From contig NC_068998.1 in the NCBI RefSeq assembly GCF_001194135.2, forward strand, positions 10,904,022 through 10,951,174: a DNA stretch of 47,153 bases, in the 5' to 3' direction. Numbering within the stretch: position 1 is the stretch's first letter; every line of letters starts with the position of its first letter. The notes beneath the pieces are model-generated. The model worked only from the letters and a program-made list of their open reading frames with translations, was not told where the DNA came from and searched no databases. Shown here one piece after another: positions 23,311 through 33,405 of the stretch. The position numbers and the translations under genes are program-made. This stretch comes from Octopus bimaculoides (Eukaryota).

Positions 23311-23871
23311 ACACCACACAAACTGTATAATGAATATGCATTTGTTTTTTGTTACTTTATATTTTATTTTCTGTTCCTTTTTTTGTTTTAGTTATTTTTC
23401 TACAAGTGGATGGCCTTCCTATTGCTAACCACTCAACCATGAAGTTGAGTGTTTCGTTTCATGTCAATCAGTCAAAAGGGAGAAAGTAGAGTTATGTGCC
23501 TTGTTCAGGGGACATAACACAAGCTGATCTAAACTATCGATTTAAAACCATTTTTTCTCATTCAGGGGTTACTCCAACTTGGGTACAAGTAATCCTAGCA
23601 GCTTTGAGCTACGTAACCAGCTAATTGCAACCATTTTATAGAAACACAACAGCACGTCTATAAACCGGGTGGAGAGCCATTTGCTGTTCCCATTCGCTTA
23701 TTGTAAACAAGGGTTCCTGACGATGTTTACAATTAAAAAATAAATTTAGTACAACGCCGACAATTGAGAATAATATACAGGTATGCCGCTCTAAAAGCTT
23801 TCTAGAGTTGAGTTACTTGGTTGAAAGAAAGAGCCAAGCTTAGCCATCTCATTACCAACGTAACTTTAAAT

Positions 23872-23935
23872 TACCGTATTTACTCATATATAAGTCGCAC
23901 CCCTAATTTAGTGTTAAATCATTTTCATACAAATT
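23872..23935 (+). mobile_element. pogo/Tigger-type DNA transposon left end
   Basis: TA-CCGTATTTACTC..ATAAGTCGCACC terminus; cccctaatttagtgttaaatc is shared with the copy at about 27068. Confidence 0.6.
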
Positions 23936-24403
23936 TTAGGTAAAAGCACAGTGAGATTGAACTCAAGACCACATGATTGGGAAAGAAAGCTTCTTAACCA
24001 CACAACCATGCCTGTTGGTATTTTTTCCATACCTTATGGTATATTTTAACATTCCACAGGACCACTAGGATTAGAAGTTTTAATTAACTTCTGATGATTG
24101 GTTTAGAGTAGATTTACATGTTTATCCAACCTTCTCTTCACCATGACAATCATGACCATAATTAACGAAGCCTTTATAATCATCACCATTAGCCTCATCC
24201 TCAGCACTGCGACTCTGATGATTGTAAAGACGATCATCATTCTTCATCTTCACCACCACCAAAACAACCACCATGACGACGACGACGACCACCACCACCA
24301 CCACAATGTTAATGATATGAGACCAAAGAGGATAGAGAGAAGAGAGATGTGTTCAGTCTTTCCAACAGCATCCATCCCACTGTATATGAACAACAAAGAT
24401 TGT

Positions 24404-24455
<52 letters not shown>

Positions 24456-24677
24456 CAGCAGCAGCAGTAGTCTCAACGTGACATTTAAACTATGGGTGGA
24501 GGATAAGATAAGGTGCTCTTGAGATCTTACATCTTCCATTAAAAANNNNNNNNNNNNNNNNNNNNNNNNNNNNNNNNNNNNNNNNNNNNNNNNNNNNNNN
24601 NNNNNNNNNNNNNNNNNNNNNNNNNNNNNNNNNNNNNNNNNNNNNNNNNNNNNNNNNNNNNNNNNNNNNNNNNNNNN

Positions 24678-24880
24678 ATATATATATATATATATAATTG
24701 AAATTTATAGCAAAACAAAAGATGAAGACAGGTGTATGAACAACAAGCAGGTGTATGTGTTTGATGTTTGGGAAAATGAAAAAGTGTTTTACGTTTCGAG
24801 CCTATGCTCTTCAGCAGAAAGGAATAAGAGAAAATAAACAGAGAGAATGAATAAAAATTGTAGATTTCAGTGGATATATA
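24678..24880 (-). mobile_element. (TA)n-anchored element with hammerhead-like core (Penelope-like remnant)
   Basis: Minus strand CTGAAGA-gcataggctc-GAAA-cg-TA at 24814-24790; stem I does not pair. About 100 nt to the (TA)n tract. Confidence 0.4.
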
Positions 24881-24904
24881 TATTTGCTTGTGTGTGTGTG
24901 TGTG

Positions 24905-25160
24905 AAAGCTTGTTGGCTAGTGGTCAGGTTGCTACACTCCTGATCACATGATTGTGGTTTCACTTCTCAGAACAGCTGTGCATTGTGTTCTTGATTAAAG
25001 CACTTCACTGGTCCAGTCCACTCAGCTGTAAATAGGTAACTCTGCGATGAACTGACATTCTATTCAGAGGGAATGTTGGCCTGCCTCACCAGCAAGGCAG
25101 GATCATTTGAAAGCTTCAACAACACCAGGAAGGGCATTGTGACCAGTGGTGTATAACAAT
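24905..25160 (+). mobile_element. Family E SINE, diverged
   Basis: tggctagtggtcagg head; ttgattaaagcacttcac..gtccactcagctg is shared with 42048. Confidence 0.65.
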
Positions 25161-25344
25161 GACCAATAGTCTAGTCAATATACTGATATATGTGTATGTG
25201 TACACACACACACAAACACAGATTCATCTACATTCTTGGACTTACTGAATTATACTCTGCAACTAATAAACCATCCCTGGTATTCACAAAAGAAGTGACT
25301 GAGGAAGCACTTGAACTTCTAAATCCCCTTTAATCTGATTGCCA

Positions 25345-25545
25345 TCATCATCATCATCATTGTCGCTTAACGTCTGCTTTCCATGCTGGCATGGGTTGGA
25401 TGGTTTAACTGAGGACTGACAAGCCAGGAGGTTGTATCTGGCTCCAATCTGATCTGGCAAGGTTTCTACAGCTGGATGCTCTTCCTAATGCCAACCACTC
25501 CGAGAGTGTAGTGGGTGCTTTTTACATGCCACCAGTCAAACCGTT
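25345..25545 (-). mobile_element. RTE LINE 3' UTR fragment with (ATG)n tail (family C)
   Basis: (cat)n-cgtttaacgtc..ttccatgctggcatgggttgg..ggatgc.cttcctaatgccaaccactccgag. Similar copies at about 31800, 32260, 36535, 39115, 40430, 41865, 44550. Confidence 0.8.
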
Positions 25546-26009
25546 CAACCAATACCGGCATGGACAAAAGACGTTAAATGATGATGATGATGATGATGTT
25601 GATATATATGTGTGGAATATATATAGAAAGTCAGGAGGTATGAAATAAATATATTTATTTCATCAATTGATATCCGTAAGATTTTGATCATTTCACAGCC
25701 AACATCATGGAAAAAGAATTTATTTCAGTGCATAATACCAGCATGGAAAGTGAACATTACATGATGACGATGATGATGTTTGCACTAGTGTATATGTTAT
25801 AAATTATATAATAGTATTGTACATTCTACAAGCTAATAGAGGTATAGAAGGCTAGCTCATCAGATTTATAGAATATCATCCATTCTTCAATATACACATA
25901 TAAAAAATGTACAGGTTTGCTATCTGGTTTGTAGCCTGGTCCACTAAAGAAGCTCTCTTGTGAGAATCCCCAGATTAGATAAATCCATATATTGTGCATT
26001 AAATATATC

Positions 26010-26200
26010 TGTCTACCACCATTTGACGACTGGTGTTAGTGTGTTTATGTCCCTATAACTTAGCAGTTTGGCAAAAGAGATCGACAGCATAAATACTAGG
26101 TTTAAGAAATAAGTCCTGGGGTCGATTTGTTTGTGTAAAACCCTTCAAGGTGGTGCTCCAGCATGGCCACAGTCAAATGACAAAAATGAATAAAAGAATA
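26010..26200 (+). mobile_element. Family B SINE, 3' half
   Basis: ggtgttagtgtgtttatgtccc..ggtgctccagcatggccacagtcaaatgac. Confidence 0.8.
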
Positions 26201-26223
26201 AAAATATATATATACACACACAT

Positions 26224-26257
<34 letters not shown>

Positions 26258-26848
26258 GGGGGAATGAAAGAATCGGTAAAAAAAGGGCACCCAACTGCAG
26301 ACCCCTGCCTCATTAGATCTCATTCAACCCATGCCAGCATGAAAAAAAAAAAAGCAGGTATTAAAACGATGATGTTGATGATGATGGTAACTGATGATGA
26401 TTTCCTTGAGTCGTTAAGTGCCTTGAAAGCTGTAGCAGATTCAAACACAACCTCATAGAATTTGTGATTGAATGTTCTACTAAAATCTACGTCTCTCTTT
26501 ATCCTAGGCTGTCAATCTACTCAGTCTTACTCGACCAATAATCTCACTTAAGAAATTCCACACTCAAGTGATGTTTGATCAAAAGATAACGAATGAAGGA
26601 AGGAAGGAATCTAGGAGGGAAAGATAATCCACCACATGCTAGCTTCCCTACACACTTTCAAGTAAGATAGATACCAACATGCAAAGAGTTTTACCTGATT
26701 ACACACAAAACCTTTGTCAACAAGACATGAAACTCTGGCCTACAAACACAATAACCCCTAATCACTCATACAAACACATACACTCACCTTGACACACACA
26801 CACACATGCGCACACAAAGTAATGTTTAATATGTAAACAATTTCTTAC

Positions 26849-26929
26849 CTTTGCAGAAGTATTTCAAGAATTTGGTTTGATGGCATTTCAAAAAAAAGCC
26901 AGAAGCATTAAGTCCAAACTGGTTTTCAC
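26849..26929 (-). other. Candidate upstream exon (5' UTR or start-codon exon) of the zinc-finger gene
   Basis: Branch-like CTTAAC and ttgttttgtatatttAG acceptor; 81 nt; strong donor AAG|GTAAGA. Contains ATG-PSNQILEILLQ ending in phase 2. No transcript evidence. Confidence 0.45.
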
Positions 26930-27043
26930 CTAAATATACAAAACAAGTTAAGTTTACAAGTCTATTAAGTTCTGAAATTAATTACTCAGGTAGACTGGTA
27001 TCATTTTGCCAGACTGTTAAACTCAAAATAAAATGCAATATAT

Positions 27044-27210
27044 CATATTTACTCATGTATAAACCATACCCCTAATTTAGTGTTAAATCTTGGTGCAATT
27101 TCTTTTCCCTTTATTTTTCCCTTTTCCCTGTATATAAGTCACATCCCAGATTTTTTCAGTCAAAGTCAAGACTAAAATAGTATGACTTTTAGACAAGAAA
27201 AAAAATAGTA
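27044..27210. mobile_element. pogo-like MITE
   Basis: Left end catatttactcatgtataa and degenerate right end tatgactttt...aaatagta; related to 23872. Confidence 0.5.
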
Positions 27211-27502
27211 ATTCATAAAATACCACACAGTACAATATAGTATGATACAACATAATACAGTACAGTATATGATATCACATAATATCATTAATATGTGGTT
27301 ACTTGATCAGCTAGAAAAAACAGCCAAATCAAGACCAAACTCTCTAAAGTCACCAATATTATTAAATATTTTCTATTATTTAATATATTATATTTTAAAT
27401 ATTTTATATTTTAAATATTTTATATTATTTGTTTTCCTTTACTAAGAACAAGAAGCACCAGTTTTAAACTCATGATCTTCAAACAAATTGAAGAATACAT
27501 TG

Positions 27503-27553
<51 letters not shown>

Positions 27554-27780
27554 ATGTGCACACACACACATACAAGTTGAAACTTTGAAGCTGCTGTGCA
27601 CCCTGTCCTTGTGAAAGTTTAAAAAAAACAGTTCTCAGATAAAAAGTATTGAATAGTCCTTCAGATTAATGTCAAATTGTTTTCTTCAGCTTGGCTTAAT
27701 GTCAACTTGTTTTAATATAACTTTTCATTAAAAACAAACACTAATATCTATACATACATGTAATAATACAATACATACAG

Positions 27781-28092
27781 GTATGTATGTATGGATGTAT
27801 GAATGTATGTATGTATGTATGTATGTATGTATGTATGTATGTATGTATGTATGTATGTATGTATGTATGTATGTGTGTCATTATTCAGTTTATTTCGAGA
27901 TTTCTTGCCAATAGAGAAAAGGCCGGTTTCTAACCCAGATCCAAGGTTCCTTCATTGGAGTTTCAACATCAACAACAGGGTATGCATGTATGCATGTATG
28001 TATGTATGTATGTATGTATGTATGTATGCATGTATGTATGCATGTATGTATGAATGTATGTATGTATGTATGTATGTATGTATGTATGTATG
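27781..28092. repeat. (TATG)n array with an embedded unique core of about 104 bp (27877-27980)
   Basis: Direct reading. Confidence 0.8.
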
Positions 28093-28104
28093 CAAGCATA
28101 AGTT

Positions 28105-28262
28105 CAGAAATGGCTGTGTGGTAAGAAGTTTGCTTCCCCTTGACATGGCTTCGTATGTTCAGTTCCTTCTGTGTAGAGTCTTGGGCAGGTGTCTTCTACA
28201 ACCCCAGGCTGACACAATGCCTTGTGAGTGATTTGGAAGATGGAAACAGAAAGAAGCCCATT
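28105..28262 (+). mobile_element. Family B SINE, 5' half
   Basis: ggctgtgtggtaagaagtttgcttccc..cttgggcaggtgtcttcta..gaaacagaaagaagccc. Confidence 0.8.
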
Positions 28263-29099
28263 GTGCGTGCGCGCACACACACACACACACGTATGTATAT
28301 ATATATATACATATATATATAGGTTGTTTGAAGTGGTATACAAATTTTATATATCAAGGAGAAGGTAGTCAGGATTTGGATAAAAACTACTTATTTAGCA
28401 CCTTCATCCCTTTTGGGGATTCATCATAATGAATCCCTGATTTTATTTACTCCACGTACCCAGACCTTGTGGACACCCTATAGATATTAGTTATTATATT
28501 ACATACTATTCTTTGTCATAATCCCTCTGTCAAATTACCGTCTAAAACTCGTATGTCCCTAATATTACATAACTTAGACACTCTCACATCACTTGCTGTG
28601 TTATATTAGAATAATAGTTTTGGCTGAGAGACAAGCCTCAAAAAAAAAAAAAGCCTTGATGTGGACACTTAATCTGTTAGAAATAGCAGACCTGTTACTC
28701 ACTACTGTTTACGTTACAGACAATGTAGGCCAGAATACACTGAATATAAGTCAAAACAACAACAATAACAAGTAGAACATAGGCATGACAATGATGATGA
28801 CAACAGCAACAACAATGACAACAGCAACAACAACAACAACAACCAATATAGACAAACACCAACTATTTAAGTTTGGACCCATCATTACTAAAATATCTTA
28901 AGGGTCATTATGATCTGATGATGTCCATCTCCGTGCTCAGAAAAGGAATTTTAAACGATTCACTTCTGGATACAATGTGACCCTGAGTGGATGTACATAT
29001 ACACATATCTATATCTATATCATCATCATCATTATCATCATCGTTGTTGTGTTGTTGTCATTATCATCATCATCATCATTTGACATGTACTTTCCATGC

Positions 29100-29372
29100 T
29101 GGCAAATCAGCTGCTAGTAAACACACCAACATCGATTGCCAAGTGATAGTCGGGGGACAAACACAGGCACACAAATGTACATACACACACACACACACAC
29201 ACACACATACGATGGGTTTCTTTCAGTTTCTGTCTGTCAAATCCATTCACAAGGCTTTGGTCGACCCAAGGCTATAGTAGAAGACATTTGCCCAAGGTGC
29301 CATGCAGTGGGACTGAACCAGGAACCATGTGGTTGGTAAGCAAGCTACTTACCACACAACCACTCCTACGCC
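29100..29372 (-). mobile_element. Family B SINE
   Basis: Reverse complement of head, CORE-like segment and part of the tail. Confidence 0.85.
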
Positions 29373-29474
29373 TATTTGTAGAATTAATTAAAACTCTGCA
29401 TGTACTTTTTACAGTGAAACTAATTAGTATGTGGTGTAGTATGTAATTATTAACGTATCTTAAATAAGCATATT

Positions 29475-29630
29475 AGGCCAGTGGATTGGTACAATTGTTA
29501 AAGTATCAAAAAGATGCCTACAGTCTTTAGTAAAGGCTCTTGACATCTCTGCATCGTGAGTTCAAATCCTACCAGGGACAACTTTACTCTTCATCCTTCT
29601 GCAATTTGGTAAAATAAAGTACAGGTAAAG
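29475..29630 (+). mobile_element. Family A SINE, old and diverged; the only plus-oriented copy
   Basis: gagttcaaatcc B-box; actcttcatccttc..aaaataaagtacagg. The tail aaagtacaggt is triplicated. Confidence 0.6.
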
Positions 29631-30067
29631 TACAGGTAAAACAAAGTACAGGTGGTCAAATTTATACTTCTATTGTGCATTCTTGATGCGAGTGGACTCA
29701 CAACAGAAGGTAAGATAAACTTATTAGATATTCCAATGAGTTCAAGCTAAATTTGATGATTTTTTTTATGTCTCCTTTTTTCAGATATAGTTTGATGTAT
29801 TGTGAACAGTCAACAGCGTTGGAGGGCATAAAGATTAAAGTTGCAACTGAGAAAAGTTAGCTGGCATGGCAGACTGGAGGTCATCTGAATATTAGAAAAG
29901 AGTTACCTGTCTCATGGCGATTCACACTAGATGTCAAAATGCATATATATATATATATATATATAGCGGAGTAAGCACATAAAATGTGCAACAAGGTGGA
30001 AAAAAGAGTACTCAAATACCAGAGGTAGAGTAATATGCTTTATTTAAAAGCAGCAGAAATATAACAA

Positions 30068-30113
30068 AAAACTGTTACTCTGAGTTTCACGTTCCCGTTC
30101 ATCGGACAGTTTT
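30068..30113 (-). ncRNA. Minimal type I hammerhead ribozyme motif
   Basis: aaaactgt [CCGATGA] acg-ggaa-cgt [GAAA] ctc-a-gag [TA] acagtttt. Perfect 8-bp stem I, 3-bp stem II with a GNRA loop, short palindromic stem III, GUA cleavage triplet. One core change (U4C). Confidence 0.75.
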
Positions 30114-30116
30114 GTT

Positions 30117-30155
30117 TGTCTGATGAACGGGAATGTGAAACTCAGAGTAACAGTC
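30117..30155 (+). ncRNA. Second hammerhead motif, inverted copy
   Basis: tgt [CTGATGA] acg-ggaa-tgt [GAAA] ctcagag [TA] aca. Canonical core; stem I shortened to 3-4 bp. Confidence 0.65.
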
Positions 30156-30738
30156 TTTTGTTATATTTCTGCTGCTTTTNNNNNNNNNNNNNNNNNNNNN
30201 NNNNNNNNNNNNNNNNNNNNNNNNNNNNNNNNNNNNNNNNNNNNNNNNNNNNNNNNNNNNNNNNNNNNNNNNNNNNNNNNNNNNNNNNNNNNNNNNNNNN
30301 NNNNNNNNNNNNNNNNNNNNNNNNNNNNNNNNNNNNNNNNNNNNNNNNNNNNNNNNNNNNNNNNNNNNNNNNNNNNNNNNNNNNNNNNNNNNNNNNNNNN
30401 NNNNNNNNNNNNNNNNNNNNNNNNNNNNNNNNNNNNNNNNNNNNNNNNNNNNNNNNNNNNNNNNNNNNNNNNNNNNNNNNNNNNNNNNNNNNNNNNNNNN
30501 NNNNNNNNNNNNNNNNNNNNNNNNNNNNNNNNNNNNNNNNNNNNNNNNNNNNNNNNNNNNNNNNNNNNNNNNNNNNNNNNNNNNNNNNNNNNNNNNNNNN
30601 NNNNNNNNNNNNNNNNNNNNNNNNNNNNNNNNNNNNNNNNNNNNNNNNNNNNNNNNNNNNNNNNNNNNNNNNNNNNNNNNNNNNNNNNNNNNNNNNNNNN
30701 NNNNNNNNNNNNNNNNNNNNNNNNNNNNNNNNNNNNNN

Positions 30739-30822
30739 GAAGACCTTGGCAGAATTTGAACTCAGAATTTAAAGCCAGAAGAAATGCCGCTAAGAATTTT
30801 GTCCAGTATGCCACCTTGTTAC
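30739..30822 (-). mobile_element. Family A SINE head
   Basis: gaccttggcagaatttgaactcagaa..gaaatgccgctaag. Confidence 0.8.
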
Positions 30823-31067
30823 TAACATATAATAAAATTGGATAAATCAGAAGGTGGAAAGGTCAAAGGTTAAAGGTTAAAGGTCAAACACTTCAAGTTT
30901 TTTTTTTTTTATACAGGGAGAAATCTGAAGCTCACTTACACATATATAGTTTTCCATGTATGATTTCACAGTCATATATCATCTTATTTGTTATGTTAGA
31001 GTTTGCACTTCATTCTGGAAATAGATAAGGTTTGAAATTATTCTTTACATGCAACAGAAGTAATTCT

Positions 31068-31256
31068 AATACCACAGTATACTTACCAATTGCAATGTAT
31101 GTACATTTAATCTGATACGCAGATAGCTTCTTTTTCATCATCATCATCATCATCATCTTCGAAGATGAAGATGATGATGATGATGATAAAAAAGAAGCTA
31201 TCTGCGTATCAGATTAAATGTACATACATTGCAATTGGTAAATATACTGTGGTATT
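31068..31256. repeat. Zero-spacer palindrome, about 190 bp
   Basis: Centre cttc|gaag at 31160/31161. Arms of 93 and 96 nt differ by one substitution in unique sequence plus small differences in the (CAT)n part. Confidence 0.95.
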
Positions 31257-31529
31257 TGTCTGGAGACAATATTTAAGCACAGTATGTTCCATACGAGGTG
31301 TATTTATTATAATACACAGATGACTAATTTAATATGATTATTAAGATCTTTCACATACATATATATGTATATATGCATCTATATCTATGTATACATATAT
31401 ATATATCTATATGTATATATGAATTATGTAAATATTTTTCATAATATCAACAAGGCTAAATCTACAAAGTGAATTAATTGGGAGTAAAAGAGAAAGGTCT
31501 ATCATTGTTATAATTTTGATAACTATTAT

Positions 31530-31745
31530 TAGTTCCATATTTTAGCACAAGGCAAGCAATTTTAGGGGAGGAGCAAGTTAATTACATCGACCCAGTGTTC
31601 AACTGGTACCTATTTTATCGACCCTGAAAGGATGAAGGTAAAGTCAACCTAAGTCGAATTTGAACTCAAAACGTGAAAACAGACAAAATGTTGCTAAGCA
31701 TTTAACCCGCCATATTAAGGACCCTGCCAGCTCCCTGTCTTATTT
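31530..31745 (-). mobile_element. Family A SINE
   Basis: Full core and head. Confidence 0.85.
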
Positions 31746-32346
31746 TGATATTTAAAATTAACAACAATTAGGAAAAGAAAAAAAAAAATAATATCATCCT
31801 CATTATCAACATTGTTGTTTTTTTGTCTATTTTTCTATGCTGGCATGGGTTGGAGTCATTCTGGATAGGTAAAAGGATAACACCTCCCTCATTGGTTTCA
31901 TTCTTAGCTTGCCTTCTATGGCTGGTTCCTAAACACCAACCACACCATAGAGTGTACTGGACACATTTTTTTAAGGCATCAGGGAGATTATGATGTGCTA
32001 GATAAAATGAAAGGGACCTCTTGGTTCCATTATTACCAAAGTGCACTGAGTGCATTGCACCATGGCACCAACACTAGAGAGTATAGAGATAAGAGAGTGA
32101 GGAATAGCAAGTGGCAGATAAATGCTGAGGGTGAACAACACCAAACTGTCTGTGAATGAGTACAGGTGGAGAGTACGGGGTGCATTTGGATCAGATGAGG
32201 TCCCTTAGGCACATGCTTTAAGATGGGTGAAACCAAAATAATTCATCCTTCTCCTCATCCTCATCATTTAATGTCTGTTTCCCATGCTGGCATTGGTTAG
32301 TTATGATGCATTTTAGAAATGCAAGAAAAAAAAAAGGGAGTCTTAC

Positions 32347-32432
32347 CTCAAAATAACTTCAAAATCCACTAATCTAACAATTTCTTGAAGTCTGATATTC
32401 CAAGTGAACAACTGGACAGTGCAGAAGGCTAC
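32347..32432 (-). other. Candidate upstream non-coding exon
   Basis: Acceptor ggtttattaacAG, 86 nt, strong donor GAG|GTAAGA. Unique sequence between repeats. No transcript evidence. Confidence 0.35.
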
Positions 32433-32529
32433 CTGTTAATAAACCATTATTCATTATTCATTCATGACATTAAATATAAAGTTTTAATCACCAACAAATC
32501 TTTACAACAATAAACAACAAACTGAAGAA

Positions 32530-32927
32530 CGGCCTCAGGATGCTGAGCCTTTCAGGTGAAATGACAAAGGACCGAGATGCCTGGAGCCTTGCTGTACTCA
32601 AGAAGACCTGTACTCTGCAGCAGAAGTGTTAAGACCGGTCCTTCTGGTGGTGTGAAGCACTTGTAGTGGTGCCATGTAGAAGTGTCTGTGTGGTGCCATG
32701 TAAAAGCATCTGTACAGTGCCACATAAAAGTGTTCATGTAGCACCATGTGAAAGCACCTAGCATATTCTGAAAAGTGGCTGGTATTAGGAAGGGCATTCG
32801 GCTGTAGAAAAACCCTGCCAAATCAGACTGGAGCCTGGTGCATCTCCCCAGCTTGCCAGCCCTGGTCAAACTGTCCAACCCATGCCAGCATGAAGAACAG
32901 ATGTCAAATGATGATGATGATGATGAT
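32530..32927 (+). mobile_element. RTE LINE 3' end (ORF2 C-terminus, 3' UTR, (ATG)n tail)
   Basis: Translates as LRMLSLSGEMTKDRDAWSLAVLKKT, resembling the RTE DRxxW C-terminal motif; UTR matches family C. Confidence 0.75.
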
Positions 32928-33029
32928 GAAACACCCGTTTCTATCATGGTATATTTAAAATGGGATTTTTTTATTCACATGAAATGGCTATGGAGGTCCT
33001 GTAGAGTAAAATAGCAATCAAAGGGGTTC

Positions 33030-33405
33030 GGGTGTGGCTGTGTGGTAAGAAGCTTGCTTACCAACCACATGGTTCTGGGTTCAGTCCCCACTGCATGGCA
33101 CCTTGGGCAAGTGTCTTTTACTATGGCCTTGGGCTGCCAACCAAAGACTTGTGAGTGGATTTGGTAGACGGAAACTGAAAGAAGCCTGTCATATGTATGT
33201 GTGTGTATATGTTTGTGTTTGTCCCCCCCACCATCATCGCTTGACAACCGATGCTGGTGTGTTTATGTCCCTGTAAAAGTGACTGATAGGATAAGTACTA
33301 GGCTTACAAAGAATAAGGCCTGGGGTCGATTTGTTCAACTAAAGGCGGTGCTCCAGCATGGCCGCAGTCAAGCGACTGAAACAAGTAAAAGAGTGAAAGA
33401 GTAAG
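33030..33405 (+). mobile_element. Family B SINE, full length
   Basis: Head ggctgtgtggtaagaagcttgc, B-box ggttcagtccc, CORE-like ggcaccttgggcaagtgtc, tail acaagtaaaagagtgaaagag. Confidence 0.9.

Larger units (their letters stand above)
29965..30179 (-). mobile_element. Probable Penelope-like element terminal repeat fragment with partial inverted copy, anchored on (TA)n
   Basis: On the minus strand the hammerhead is followed by AATAAA (30044-30039) and ends on a (TA)n tract. A 63-bp inverted duplication runs into the gap. The family assignment rests on the known association of minimal hammerheads with Penelope-like terminal repeats. Confidence 0.55.
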
